Assembly (NCBI GenBank): GCA_013239625.1 | Contig: MU054323.1 | Coordinates: 12,159,694-12,223,693, forward strand | Length of the DNA: 64,000 nucleotides | Reading direction: 5' to 3' | Source: Lama guanicoe | Lineage: Eukaryota | Shown here: piece after piece, positions 49,862-64,000 of the stretch | Layout: each line of letters begins with the position of its first letter | Numbering within the stretch: the stretch's first letter is position 1 | Translations under genes and position numbers: made by a program | The notes under the pieces: generated by a model | What the model was told of the DNA's origin: nothing | The model's input: the letters and a program-made list of their open reading frames with translations, nothing else | Database searches by the model: none

Positions 49862-52139
49862 ATGCTCAAAAGGATTCCATGGGTCTGACTTTCTGACACA
49901 GCCTGAGCAACACTGCAAGCATCTGGAACAAGCCAATGCCATGCTTGATGCCGATCAGGCAGTCTACACCAGCTGCAACTGGTGGGAGCCACCACGTCTT
50001 CCAAAGGTAGGAAAGAGTTCCTTTATTTCAGAAACACAGCAGTAATTTTCCTTCTTACAGGAATAAACCATAAAGTAAAATTTGGTTAACTTAAATTCAT
50101 ATTATTTCTCTGGCTTTTTTCATAGTACTGGCATGATTTAAAGTATTGACCAGCTATCAATATTCCTTTTATTCAGACAATATACTATTTATTAAGTTAA
50201 AAATGATCACAATTTCATTTCATAAAATTATATTTGAAATGGAAATTTGCACCTGAGCCTCCTCATTTTCCCATGAAAAGCAATAGTACCAGCTGCTGGT
50301 TCCTCAATTAACGAAGTGACAAGATGTAGCAGACCTATTGACTCGGTGTCATTTCTTTAGTTTCCCTCTTTTTATTAATTTTAGTATCCTAGGAAGGGAA
50401 GGAACAAAAATGCATGATTGGCAATTCTGATGTCAGGATGACACATCAATAGAATTTCAACTGCTCAGCAATAGAATTTAGAAGCTACAGAAAAGACACG
50501 TTTGAGGGCCTGCTCTCCCAACATTAATAACAATCATTGATTTTCTTAACTGTATTTCACGATAAAGTCATTAGGATTTAGAACTTTGCCATTCTTGATG
50601 GCTAGTTCTTTGGAACACTTTGCATTTGTAATGTTAATACTATAAAATGAATCTTCACTTAAAAGCGAGCATCATTATGTACTTCAACGAGGCCATCAGA
50701 TCCCATTTTAAATGATATTCCATCCTCTCTTAAAGAAACAGCTATGACCTAGGCCCTCTGCCTCTTGGCAACTTTGAGATCTATCTCTCTCTGTTTGCTT
50801 AGATGCATTTATGAATAGAGGGCATATCATTAAAGAGAAAGTTTGGTTGCTTAACAAGAAGATTAGTTCTGGAAAATAGCAGCAAATTTATGAACATGAA
50901 AATGCTGCCTTTAAATGCATCTATGTGGGGGTGATTTAAGCAGCAAACTCCCAGCTACTGAAATGACGTGACTGCCTAAGACTTGGGATACATTTCTTGC
51001 AGTGCACCTGCAGAGCAGATGTGGCCATAAAAAGTTCAGTGTCTGAAGGATTCTTAAAGGCCAGGGCATGAAACTATGCAACAATACAAGTGTGTCTGGA
51101 TGTACTCTAACAAGGCTCATATGTGAATTTGAAAAGTTTTCAAATGAAGTTTAATCTTCATTGAGCTCTGTTTTATGAGAGAAGAAAACAAGTTGCTAAG
51201 TTTTACATCAACTTTTTAAAGGAAAGATTTATTAATTTATTTAATCAAGATAATGGGAAAGCCTTCCCTTTACTATAACAGGTGGGAGGGTGACTTCTCC
51301 AATCTCTTCCCCAGTAACCTTAGTTTCAGCAATGGTAATTTTTTCCCAACATAAGAGAGCCTAATGGAAATTGACTGACCTTTAACACCCTCAGCCATAT
51401 CACACCTCCCTTTGTTTGTCCCATGGTCACATTGAAAAAAAATCAGCTTTACTCTCCCTCCCTTATTCTAGTTACTCCCAACAAAAACGACCAGTGTTGC
51501 CTGGTTGTTCAATTCTAAGTCTCTGTTAGTAGAGGCACTATATATGAGTAATTTCTCTTTCCTGAATTTTCAGTTTCTCTTTGCTTTTTTATAAGCAGAG
51601 AAGCACTGTGAATTTATAAACATTATCTCTTTGGAGGAATCCTTTATGTTTGGGGAATGATTCAAATAGGCTTTTGAGCAACACAAAACAACCTGCTTTT
51701 TTTTTTTTTAACTGCCTCTTGTAACCACTCACTAATGTAACTGGGGGGATGAACTACAGCTGGAAATCGAAACTGATCCACTTTCTTGAAAAAGACGTTA
51801 AGGACTTGTGAAAAATCAACAACTATAGTTTGTGAGAAAAATAAGCCTTTCCTTTCAGTTCCTATTTCAAATATTATGCACCAGTTTTTAATACCAAGTT
51901 CTGTTCTTCGTGGTTTATTCCAAAATTACTTTCATTCATTCATCATCTCCTGATTATTTCTCTTATCTTCTTAGCAGGCAAAGTAAACTCCAACCCCGAA
52001 AAGGGGAAAAGATGGATCAGAGCCCAGACTGGCCCTCATTCTCATGGGCTGGTTTATTTGTTACCAAGTCCTCACACTCACACAATCCTCTCTGTCCATT
52101 TCGCTGTCTCACAAGCTGAGGTAGGAGTAGCTTTCCAAG

Positions 52140-53900
52140 TAGCCACCCTCCAGTGATTTTTATTCAACTAAAAGTCCAGCTTTCTCTTGCTGGACCATAC
52201 CTTGTCTTTGTTCAAGACCTCATCTTCTCCTCTTTATCTCACCATTTCCCCTTCTGCATCCAGGTTCTGACACTCTTCCTGACTCAAATCTATGCCCCTA
52301 CAATCCATTCTTCACATTGTATTCAGATTAAGCCTTCTAAAGCCCAAAACTCATCATATATGCCCCCTCCTGAGAGCCCTCCGATGGATGGATCTATGTT
52401 GCCTCTAGGATTAGCCCAGATTCCTTACAATGGCTTTTTGCCATCTGGTCCCTGCCTATCTTCTTTCACCACTCAGCACCTCCCTGCCTCCGTTTGTATT
52501 CTTTGTCTCACTGAAGGATTTGCCTCCCAAACTCCCCATCTCTATTTCTTCCCCTTCTTTTCCTCGCATTGCTACAATGTAAGGAAGACATAGAGCTAAA
52601 GATGTGTCCAAAGTTTCTAGCTTGACTCATAGAGTGGACGGTGCCATTTGTGGAAACATGGAAGAGAAGGTGCAGACGTAGGGCATAGAAGGAGCTGTTT
52701 TTGAGAAATATTAGTTTCAATGTGCCTAAGGGCCAAATCACAGGTGGAGATACTACGCATACAGTTAGCAAGGAAGATGTGAAGTTTAGGAGAGGTGAGT
52801 GCTGAAGATAAAGATCCCGAAAGTGAAGCCATGGCGGCTACCAGGAAAAGTGTAAAACAGGAAGAGATGATGCTAATGGCAGGACATTTAGGACACAGGC
52901 AGAAAAATAAGAATCAGAGAACTGAAAAAATCATCGAAGAGATAGGAATATATAAAAGCCAAAAGAGGAGATTATGATTATAAGCCTGCCAAATGCAGAA
53001 AGGTCCTATATGATGTGAAATGACAAAAGGCTATTAAATGTAAGACTTAGGAAGTAACTAGTAGTTGTCTATCCATTTAGCACTTTGTTCTTCAAAAGAT
53101 TTTCCACGTATTATCTCTCATGGTCATTAAAACAACCCTAGAAATCATCCAGAATGCTGACCAAGGACACGTAACTAGTATTCAAGATTAAGACACAAAT
53201 CTTCTGATTCCTAGATCAGTTCTCTCTCCATACACACTGCCTCTCCACACATTAGCGTGTATGGGCATTAAAAAAAAAAATGAGAAGCACTCATAGACTA
53301 GTGAAGGAAACAGACACCAGGAGATCACTTCAAAGTGGCAAGAGCTACAAGAGAGGATTCCAAGGGATCCTGGAGGTAAGTTGACAAACCCACCTTGGAC
53401 TCCTGGAGGAGATAAAGCCTGAGCAGAATCAGGAATGAAGGGGTGAGTTAGCCACGGTGGAAGAAAGAGCTGGCAAGGGACCAGGTGGGGCTTTGGGACA
53501 AAGCCATCAACAAGAGCAAAGCACAGAGCAGTAGGTACATGGTCAGTGAGTCTGAAGAGCTGCAAGAAATATGGTGAAGCCAAGGAGAAGAATACGAGAT
53601 GAGGTGGGAGACAGGCAGAGTCGGCCCTGGGAGGACTCTAGACCCTTGTTAAGAAGATTATGCTTCATTCCAGGGGTGATGGTAGAGTCACCAGAGGACT
53701 CTGGACAGGAGCATGACAGACCAACATGCAGCACAGACACATCATTCAGCAGCAGCGTGGGGACAGAGAACAGCTAGAGAGCTGTTGCATTAATCCAGGT
53801 GAGAGATGATGGGAACTCAAAACAGAGCTGCAGAAGTCAAGATGGAAAGGAGAAGCCAGTTTCAAGAAATGTGAGGGTTGAAATGATGTCTTAACATAAC
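52140..53900. mobile_element. L2/MIR fragments in mixed orientation
   Basis: 'ccaaagtttctagcttg...ggtgccattt', 'ttgcattaatccaggtgagagatgatgg'. Confidence 0.6.
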
Positions 53901-55079
53901 ATGGTCAGCCAACAAGCCCATCTAACAGACATTTCCACAGCACAACATGCTCTTCTTTACGAGGCTGGATGTCTGCTTGTATTAACGACATTACCAATTT
54001 TTCATATGAAAAACAGGCATTTAAAAAAAAAACCTTGCTAAACTGTTTCTTTCTTTGGAACATTTCATATTAGTAACCAGAAAATGGAGTCATATGTGTC
54101 TTTACCTGGCTGAGCAGTTGATGACATTTTCTAAAGTTCTTTAAGTTGTTGCAGCATAACTAGATTCCTTGACTAGGCTGGAAGAGTAACCCAACACTTA
54201 ACTCCCACTTAACCCTACCCACCCCCACAGCTGGAGTACATTTTTTACTATTTTTAATTGACTAGTTGAACTCTCAGGAGAAATCGTCTATGTTTGAAAG
54301 CCTCTGACTCTGGCTTTTAGCTGAAGATAAATATCTAGGATTCATCAGTCTGTAAGTGGAAATTGAAGCCATGGAAGCCACCAGAAAAACTCTGAGGGAA
54401 AAAGAGAAGATGTTGGTGGTAGAACACTTAGAATGTGGGCAGAAAACAAGAATCAGAGAATTGAAAAATACCATTCAAGAGATAGGAATATACAAAAGAG
54501 GAGACCTTCCTAGCTCTTGACAGTCTTGTCACTTGAGTTTCTCTGCGTAATATACACACATGCACACACACACATACACACCAATCTAAGAATTGTTTTT
54601 AAATCTCACCTCCTTTTTATCAGTTCTGAAAGTGTTGGGTCCCTAAGAGCCCTCGATTACTAGAGAAGTTATCAAGGAGATCCAGAAATACTTCTGCACC
54701 ACAGCACCTTGGTGGAAGAAGGAATGAGCTGGGCCCCTCACCATCTCATTCCAGCACATAGAGTGGCACTCCATAAAACTCTCCACCAGCATGTCCTTCC
54801 ACCCACCCAGCCCCACTCCCATGCACAGCACCAGAAAGGCAGCCCCCGGGAACAATGAATAAAATGTTAAAAGTGAATGCCCTAGCCTAGATCCTTACTA
54901 AAGGTTAGTTGGGCTATGAGCCTAAATAATTTATTAAGAGCAATTCTCCTCCCTCTCAGATATGCTGCTTTGTCTTCCTCTATATTGTCATCAATAGTTA
55001 TTTATTGATTTTTGATGGGGAGACTCCTCTGTGCTTAAAGAACATTTCTGTCTTGACCCTGTCTTCTTTCCAAAGTTCT

Positions 55080-57360
55080 ATTTAACCTTTTTTCCTTTAC
55101 TTTACCAACAGAAATTAATAATCATGTCATGGTCTGCTCAATAAATCTTCAATAATACCACAAAGAATAAAATACAAATGTCTTAGTCTGGGATGCAAGG
55201 CCTTCCACAACCTTATCTTGAAGAAGAATGCTCCCCATCCCCCATGGTTTGGCCATACTGAAGTCCAGACCACTTCTGGGACCCTCCCTGCTTTTGCCCA
55301 TCTCCATGCTCATACCCCTACTATTGCCTTTTCTTCATTCTCCCTCCTCAAAACTCCACGTCTACTCATCTAGTCTTAAAGTCTGATTCATCAGCCGAAG
55401 TCTAACTTCATCATATCTTGGCTTCAGGGTTTCTCCAGATGCTCCCAGTCAAAACCAATCTCTCCTTCTCCCCTCTCCCATCCCATTTTATCATTCCTCA
55501 ATAGCACCTCTCTTAATTTGCCTTATATCATAGTTTCTTATGAGTAGAGCTGTCTCTGTTTCCCTCTGTGTCCTCCCCCATCCTCCCACATACATGCACA
55601 TAATCATGAAAGCCTGAGACTCTGTTTTCCACCTTTTCACTTCTCACAGGGCCTAATACAGATTTTGATACATAGCAGAGTCTTAAGAATATTTGGCAAA
55701 CTGAAAGGCATTGCAGTCATTATGAAGAAGAAGTCATATACACAAAGAAATCTGCAAACTAGTGACTATTATTTTTGGAGGAAATTTAAAGATCATCTCT
55801 CTAATTGTTTTATTTTATAGAAGAGGAACTTGAGGTTAGATGTGTGTAAACTCAAGAGAGTAACCTGTATCAAGGACCATATGAATAATCCATGTCACAT
55901 CAGTATGGAATATTTTTTTAAAGTATTATTTAAGAAGATAGGACTTGACTAGATCTCTAAGGGATGAGTATGAATAGGGCATTCCAAGGAGGAAGGAGGC
56001 AATTAGCAAAACTATGACAATCAAAAGGAACATGATATGTTGGGGAAAACAGTAATTCAACCAGTTTGGAGGGGGCAGAATTTTCTTTCAGGGAATCTGT
56101 GGGAGATAAGGCTCAAAGAACAGGTTGGGAGTCCTTAAAGATCAGAGTTCAGACTCTGTCCAGGACACTGAAGTGCTCTTAAAAGCGTTTTACTATTGGG
56201 ATGACTTGAACAAGATGGTGATTGAAAGATAAATCAGATACCGAGGAAGGTCAGAGGACTGCACTGGAACCAGATAGACTAGTTAGAAAGTAGGAAGTGA
56301 GGCTGTCTGGGCTGGGGACACTACAAAAGAAATTGAAAAGAGACTGATTCATCATCAAAACTTGAGAAGGATGATGGGAGAGAGGGAAACATCAAGAATG
56401 ACTTAAGGTTTCCAGCCTACGTGGCTGGGAGGGTGAGGATGAGGATCTGGGGTGGCGGGGTGGGAGGGATGCAGAGAAAATAAACTCTTAGACCTGGAAA
56501 ATTCCTTGCAGATTATTTTGTCCAAGTAGTGTGTTTTACAGATGATGACCAGGTGAATATTGGTGCTGGAGAAAACAGGAGGACGTTGCTTTTAATCAGA
56601 GCTCTCAGAACGTGGCTCGTGTCACTTTAAGGACAGGAATGGAAATACCCACTGATGGAGAACAGCAACAACCGTAGGCAGTGTCACATCTGGCCCCTGG
56701 ATGGGGCTCATCCTGCTTCTCTTTCTCTTTTTCTGGGCTGTGCAGCCCAGGATCGGCCCTGGGCATGGATGAGATCATCTTCTTCGGCTGGATCTCCATG
56801 GCTTCCTGGTTCCCCTACCTAGAGTAACCTCTTACTTAAGACTAGGCCTTCTACTCTGGTCCCAGACTCATCCCCTCTGCTTAGATCTCCCCTGAGCAGA
56901 TGCATGCTAGGTCCACAACATCCCTTACTCCTTTCTCCTTCATTCACACTTTCACATTATTTCATTTAACACTGTATACATCCTAAAAATACAATGGTAA
57001 GCAAGACATGATTAGTGCCCTTGTAGGGCTTACATTCTAGAACTGAAGGTAGGTTCTTCCCTGCAACCCTTCAGAGAAAGGAAACAAATAATTAAAACAA
57101 AATAATTTAAAATCATAATAAGTACCAGCAAGAAAAACAGGGTTGAGATGGAAAATAATGGCGGCTTGCAATCTATGTTGGGAGTCAGAGAGTCAGCTCT
57201 GAGAGGTGTCACTTGAATTGAGATCTAAGGGATGAGGAGGAGAAAGGATTCCAGGTATGTGCAAAGGCCCTGAGACTTTATGCATTCCAGGAATTCAAAG
57301 GAGGCCAGAGAGACTGAAGCACAGTGAGTAAGGCAGAGACATACAACCAAGGAACTAGGC
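55080..57360. mobile_element. L2 and MIR fragments (plus 55080-55705; minus 55940-56430 and 56930-57360)
   Basis: 'caaggccttccacaacct', 'gaatgacttaaggtttccagcct', 'tgtgcaaaggccctgag'. Confidence 0.6.
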
Positions 57361-57549
57361 AGTAAGGAGAACTCTTTAAGAAAAATAATACAGAATTTTG
57401 AGTACAATATTAGATACAAAAGTAAGTTTATTTAGAATGAGAAAAGATATCACATAAAGTACAAATTTGTAAAAGCTTACAGGAACTAAAATTTTAGAAT
57501 TATTAAATCTTTCTAGTTGTTTGCACCTTTTATCATGAAGTGACACACT

Positions 57550-60480
57550 CTAATAATGCTTTAACTTAAAGTCTACTTGTATGACAGTAACCACACCAGT
57601 TTTCTTTTAGTTTTTTCATGGTATCTTTCATTCTTTAACTTTCAACCTTTTTGAAACCTTATATTTTTAATATTTTTCTTATAAACAGCCTATAATAAGT
57701 ATTTTTCAAATTCTACCTTAAAAAATCTCTATCTTTTAACTGGAGCACCTGGTTTTACATTTAATGAAATTACGGATACATTTGAATTTAAATCTATCAT
57801 CTTATTATTTTCTTCTCTTTGAGCCACGTGCTCTATGTTCTTTTTCTTCTCCTTTCATGCCTTCCTTTAGATTGACTGTTTTGGGTTTTTTTTAATCATT
57901 CTATCTTTTCCATCTGTTAGCTTGGAAGTTGCACATACTTTTTCCACTCTCTTAATGATTATCCCAGTGCATCTTTGAGGTATCAAATTCTGATAGTAAT
58001 CTTTACTTTTGCCCTCCCCCTGAAAAAAATGCAAGAAACTTGGAGTACCTTAACTACCTCTTCTTCCCCCACCAAATTACATGTAATGCTGTCATTTTGA
58101 TTGCATATAGTTTTAAAACCTCGCAAGATATTGTTGTTACTGTTGCTTTACATGGTTAATAATCATTTAGACTCACGTACATATTTACCACCTTCTTGCC
58201 TCTCCTCTCCTTGCTATATCACAGAGCCTCCTTCTGACATCATTTTCCTTCGTAAAGAACATTCTTTAAATTTTTCTTTAGTGTGTGTCTGTTGGAAGTA
58301 ATTACATTTCCGTCAGCAGTGTATTGAGAATTCCAATTTCTCCATATCCTCTCCAAGCCTCATTATCCTCCAGTCTTATTATAACCATCCTAGAGGTTGT
58401 GAAGTGAAATCTTGTGCTTTTGACTTGCATTTCCCCAATGACTAATCTAGTGAACATCTTTTCGTGTGTTTTTTGATCATCTGTATATCTTCTTTATAGA
58501 AATGTCTACTCAAATTCTTGGCCCATTTTTAAATTGAATTATTTGTCTTTTTATTACTGAGTTGAATGAACTCTTTATATATTCTAGATACCGATCCCTT
58601 ATCAGATATATAAACTGCACATGTTTTCTCTCATTCCATGGACTGTCTTTTCACTTTTGTGATTGGATTGCTTTTAGCATAGAAGTTTTTTATTTGGATG
58701 AGGTCCAATTTGTCTATTTTTTTCTCTTGTTACCTGTGCTTTTGGTGACACATCTGAGAAACCATTGCTTAATCCAAGACAATGAAGATTTATTTCTATT
58801 ATTTCTAAGCGTTTTATAGTTTTAGCCCTTATAGTGAGGTTTATGATCCATTTTGAGTTAATTTTGTGGTAAGGGTTCAAATTTATTCTTTTGCAATTGT
58901 CCCAGAAATACATTTTGAAATTTTTTATCATTGAATAGTCTTGACACTCTTATCAAAAGTCACATTACCACAATATAAGGCATTATTGCTGTTTTTCAAT
59001 TCTATTCCATTTGTCTATATGTCTATCCTTTGCCAGTACCACACTGTCTTGACTACTATACCTTTGTAGTAAGTTTTCAAATCAGAAACTGTGAGTCCTA
59101 CAACTTTGGTTTTTTTTTTTCAAGGTTGTTTTGGCTATTCTAATTTCCTTGTATACTCAAATAAATTTTAATATCAACTTGTCCCATTATGGAAAAAAAT
59201 CAGTCAGGATTTTGATAGGGATTGCTTTGAATCTGTACATAAATTTGGGGAATATTGCCATCCTGACAACATTATGTATTCCAATCCATGAACATGTATT
59301 TTTTTTTATTTATTTAGATCTTCTTTCATTTCTTCCACCAGTTCTTTGAGTTTTCAGTGTACAAATCTTGTACTTCTTTTGTTAAATTCATATTCAAGTA
59401 TTTTCTTCTTTTGTATGCCATTGTAAGTTGAATTGTTTTCTCAATTTCATTTTCAAAATGCTCATGTTCGTACATGAAAATGCAAGTTCTCTTTGTGTAT
59501 TGATCTAATATCCTGCAGCCTTGCTGAACGTGTTTACTGTTCCTAAGAGGTCTGTAGTGGGGTCTTCAGGAGGTTCTCTACAGAAGATGACGTCATCTGT
59601 GAAGAGAGGGAGTTTTATTTCTTCCTTTCCAATCTGTGTGTCTTTTATTTATTTATTTTTCCTAATTGTCCTTGCTAGAACCTTCAGTACAATGACAAAT
59701 AGACGTGACAAGAGCAAATATCCTTTTCTTGTTTCTGACATTAGGGGGAAAACATTGTGTCATTCTTTATAGGTTCTAGTTCTCTGCTGAAGATTTTAAA
59801 GCACCAAATTGACCTCCATGAATTTAGTAAGCAGAGTAGTTCTATCGTCCATGTCTGATGATTCCAGTATCTGATGTCTCTGTGGATCTACTTTTTCTGC
59901 TGGTTCTGGCTTATATTGTTTTATCTCTTGGTGTATCTTATTGTTTCCAGGCCATTTCACTTTTAATTACTTACAGAAGTAATCTGAGGCCTTAGTTGGT
60001 GTTACCTTCCTTCAGAAGAGATTTTTTTCCCCCTTCTACTGAGTCACCAAGATGACCTACTGAAGTATAGTCCTGCACAGGGACTGTTCCAATGTTTTTC
60101 CTCCCTTGGACTGTGCTGGACTCCAATCCTTGTCTCTGCCAAGATGTAGTTCTACCTCTCATTCTTTCCCCTGAAATGGGTGTATGCCTCCAGAGTGAAA
60201 ACATTTCTGAATGGTGCAGCTCTCCTTTTAAATGGTGCAGGAGCCTCACCTCCTGATTCCAACTCCTCCCTACACTAACCTGCCAAAAGTGTGGCTTTGT
60301 CCCACTCAGTGAACACCTCCAGGGCAGAAGCAGCTGAGGCTTATCTCTCTGCACTGACTTTCTCAAGTTGATCACAACCCCATAATTATTGACTATCATT
60401 TTTTCCTCACTATTACTATTAAGACTTTTTTTTTCTGTCCAGCTTTTTTAGTTGTCTTCAGAGGGAATGCTGTTACTAAA
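57550..60480 (-). mobile_element. Old L1 remnants flanking a better-preserved L1 ORF2 fragment (~58300-59770)
   Basis: Peptide PYHKINSKWI (58674 ORF); 'gatttttgatagggattgctttgaatctgta', 'tgccagtaccacactgtcttga'. Confidence 0.85.
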
Positions 60481-60509
60481 TCCAGAGAATTCCTTTCCAT
60501 TTTAGTAGC

Positions 60510-61310
60510 ACTGCTCTCCCAATAGTAAAGAGGCTATTTCTCTTTATAGATGAGGCCCAGCTAATTAATGAAAAAAGAATGACAAATTTTGAACATCATT
60601 TTTAAAATACGTCTAGTGAAGTATTGAATCTAAGTACTGAACTGATAGCTGCTAAGACCACAAAAAGAGAGATAACCAGACATTACAAGCCTTCTAATAG
60701 AAAAACATGACACCTGAGGAAAAAAACCCCACCAAACCTGAATTTAATCAAGCCTCTAAATCCATCTACCAATCTATCCACAAGAAATGCTAAGGACAAA
60801 GGGACATGTTAAAATGTACCATAAAGATGCAATTATCAAAATCTAGACTGTGAGATGCTCATGAGAAACAGTTTGGTTTCTTTAACAAATAAATTGCACG
60901 GGAAAAAAGGAAGGTTAGGAGACTGAGAAATTAAAATATATCTATGAGACATATGAAAGAATCACAATGCACAGATCTAATTTGAATCTTGCTATTTTAA
61001 AAACTATTGAAACTATGAAATTTATGATACAATTGAGAATTTGAATACTGACTCAAAAATATTTGGTGATATCTTTAAATATTATTACATTTTTAAATAT
61101 AATAATACCATTGTGGTTATATCTAGCAAAAAGGTTGTGTGTATCTGTGTGTGTACACACACACATGTATATATACATATGTACATATATAATATGTGTA
61201 TATTATACTATACACATATATATAATATAGTAGTTATGAATGTAAGTATCAAGATGTCTGAGAATTGTTTAAAACTAACACAGGAAAGGTAAGAAGTAGA
61301 TGGGGGTATG
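60510..61310 (+). mobile_element. L1MC-like 3' end with (TA/CA) low-complexity tract
   Basis: 'aacctgaatttaatcaagcctctaaatcc', 'aattgagaatttgaatactgac'. Confidence 0.7.
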
Positions 61311-61952
61311 GATGCAGGAAAAAGAAGACTATTGTGTGGAAAACAGGAGAATGAGTTGGTAGGAACAAGAAAGCAGACAAGGAGGCCATTGGGAGTCTGT
61401 TTTGTGTCTAGGTGAGCGATGATGGTGACCCAGACTAAGGCAATGAAGCAACATGGAACATTTTAATTATCTGAAGATGGCCTTGATCGTAAATTGAATG
61501 TCCGGGTCATGGAAAGGAAAGAAAGGTTCTGTGAGAATATATCAAGAAGATAGTTGCCAAGGAGGGATCATACAATTTGGGATGAAATTATATCAATAAA
61601 AAGATGATTTTTTAATATTAGTTGAATTAATAAGCCTAGTCAGGTGGAGAATGTAAAGGCAAACATTTATTGAACCCTAATATAGGCACTTAGACGATTT
61701 ACAGTCTAGATGGGGGAGACAAGTCAATGGTAAATTCTGTGATGAAATACAGGCAAAGTAGAGTGTTGCGTTGGGGTAGGAGAATCACCCTCCATTCTAG
61801 CTCCCCAGTCAGTTTCAGGGGATGGACTGTAAACAAGAGTCAACAAATGTCAGCTGACGTCTGAGATGTTGTCACACTCTGAACTTTTCAACTTCCTCCA
61901 AAGGAAATCACCATTTCTACTGATAACATCATTCTTCTAGCCTTGTCTGGGA

Positions 61953-62044
61953 ACATATGTATGTGCACGTAAGGGTGAAACATTCTACTGTACACCAGAA
62001 ATTGACACCATGATGTAAACTGGCTATACTTCAATAAATAAATA
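61953..62044 (+). mobile_element. Very short L1 3' tip
   Basis: 'tgtacaccagaaattgacac...tgtaaactggctatacttcaataaa', similar to 4821-4957. Confidence 0.7.
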
Positions 62045-63579
62045 CTAGTAAACAATTAAAAGCTTTAGGCACTGGGTAACATGTCATGCCCAGCATTTTG
62101 GATGCCCTCGGTGTCAGGAACAGATGAAGCCTCAAGTTGCTGGTCAGAGCAGCCACGAGCAAAATCGGCTCCAGTTTTCCTTGGTAGGAGGCACTGGAAC
62201 AGCCAAACAGGCTGAGGGGGGAAGCCAGGCCCAGAGTGCACTCTCACTGGCTCGAAAGAGCTGTTTATGCAACCCTTCATGGCCTTCAAGTCTTCTCCCA
62301 CCCTGAATGCACAGGCTGTGGGTGAGTGCTAGTTTATAGGCACGACTGATTCCAATCTCTTACTTGTCATCTCCTAATGTTTTATGATGTGTTGAGAAGA
62401 CCTCTGGCAAAAAATCTCTGTTTAAATGCCTTTTATTATTTTCTTGTTTGTGATGTATCAGGCCAGAGGATGTGTGTAACCTGATCAACCTAGTAAAAAT
62501 TTTAATCCGTTCTATTTTTATGGCCTTCCAGGAAAAATCCATTTAGGGGAAAAGTAATGAGTTTCAGAACTAATTCTCAAACATCCTATCAACATGTTAC
62601 CAAAAATGGGCCCCAGCTTTGTCAGGGGTCTCACCCCGTCTAAGTTTTCCTAATTCTTTTTGTTTAGAACGTCGTGTGTTGGAGCACTTAGGAAGCAAGA
62701 GACTTGAGCGGTGGAGGGGTGAAGGGTTCACGGAGAGTGTGTGTGTCTGTGTGGGGGAGGAATGGAGGAAGACTTCAGAGTTGAGGGCTGTTAGGATGCC
62801 ATTTTCTAGGATCTTTAGCCCACTGAAACTAAAGGTCTTGCTTGCTACCAGATCTCTCAAAATAGTAAGCACAGCTAGAGTCACAATCTCCCTTGGGTCT
62901 CACGGTAAGTTGGTGCGGTAGGTATACACATGCTACAACCTCACTTTCCAGACAGGGGAGCTAAAGCTGGGAAAAGCTAAATGACAGCTTAATGAGCATC
63001 AGCTTTGCCCTGGTCACTTCTGCCCTCCATATCTACTTTGGTTCCTGCCCTGTGCCTAGGCCAAATTACCTTCTGCATAGAAGACTGCTTCCTGATATAA
63101 ACATCCCCCTGCCTCTACTCAAATAGCCTGGGAACCAAAGGAGAGGACACTTGAAAGCAATATACACAAGAGCTGCAGCATCATTCCATGTTTAACATCT
63201 TCCGTCTAGTGATTCTTACCTCCTTTCTATCTCACTCCCAAGATCGTTAACGTACACTTGGGATCACTTCACTAGTGCGGGAACACCCATCTGTAATTCC
63301 ACTACTTTCTCTCTCACTTAAAGAAGAGCATAGCAAAATCCAGGTAAGAGTGATATTAAATCATCTCTAACTCGTCTTCATGTAAGTCATTCAAAACATT
63401 CCATTATTAGTAATAACAAATTATTAGTAGTACAAATTACTTATAATATAGTTTCAAACTGTCACCATAAGTGACACCTCCATCCCTGTGATAACCACTT
63501 ACTCTTTTTCACGTCTACTACTGTTTTCTATCCACAACCACCCAGACTTACTTTTATCTACCAAACTCTCAGCATTTCA

Positions 63580-63862
63580 TGAGGGTAAAGAGCATGAGAT
63601 TTGGAGTCAGACATAGTTGTTTTCACATCCTGGCTCTGACATTTGCTAATGGTATGTCCTTGGCAGGTTGCTAAATTTCTCTAAGACTCAGTTTTCTCAT
63701 ACGTAAAATGGAGATAATAAAAGTATCTGCCTCATATGCTACTCTGAAAATTAAGTGAAAATTAGATAGATGGACTGATCGATTCATAAATTCGATATTG
63801 AGTATGCAAATTATCACAATGTCTGGCATACATTAACCTCTGAATAAATCATAACTATTATT
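63580..63862 (+). mobile_element. MIR
   Basis: 'aagagcatgagatttggagtcagac...ctcagttttctcatacgtaaaatggagataataa'. Confidence 0.8.
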
Positions 63863-64000
63863 TTTATTACTTTATCCTATATCTATCCAATCCACTTCCT
63901 CTACTCTCCTTTTCTTCAAGTTTTCATGGGCCTGTTTACTGTGGACAGTAGCTTATGTTCTGAACTCTTTGGTAAAGAAAACAACAAGATACTATGAGCA

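Noticed and set aside
56605..56820. Coding-looking minus-strand segment (MEIQPKK... or VGEPGSHGDPAEEDDL...)
   Set aside because: No pyrimidine tract at the possible acceptor and no recognisable homology
59587..59596. Perfect CRE palindrome ATGACGTCAT
   Set aside because: Single motif inside an L1 remnant with no supporting context
62060..63350. Plus-strand consensus donors at ~62322, ~62905 and ~63344, plus a 100-aa ORF
   Set aside because: No convincing acceptor or frame pairing; no protein similarity recognised
1..64000. CRISPR arrays, operons or other prokaryotic systems
   Set aside because: Clearly mammalian repeat-rich DNA with no repeat-spacer array or long intact ORFs

Overview
Mammalian genomic DNA, most likely camelid (two tRNA-derived SINEs resembling Vic-1 plus matching lineage-type L1 3' ends; recognised from memory, not by search). 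The window is repeat-dominated: L1s of several ages, L2/MIR, MaLR and ERV1 solo LTRs, and Tigger/hAT fossils. One clear CpG island (~29.3-29.6 kb) carries YY1, CTCF-like and GC-box motifs and is probably a promoter. L1 strand bias and clustered splice donors suggest a minus-strand transcript running leftward through a long intron. I recognise no protein-coding exon or RNA gene and cannot name the gene; most track ORFs are repeat remnants or chance ORFs. I found no convincing novel biological system. The best leads are candidate micro-exons on both strands, a nested and 5'-inverted L1, and several local duplications. Repeat family names are from recall and boundaries without TSDs are approximate.
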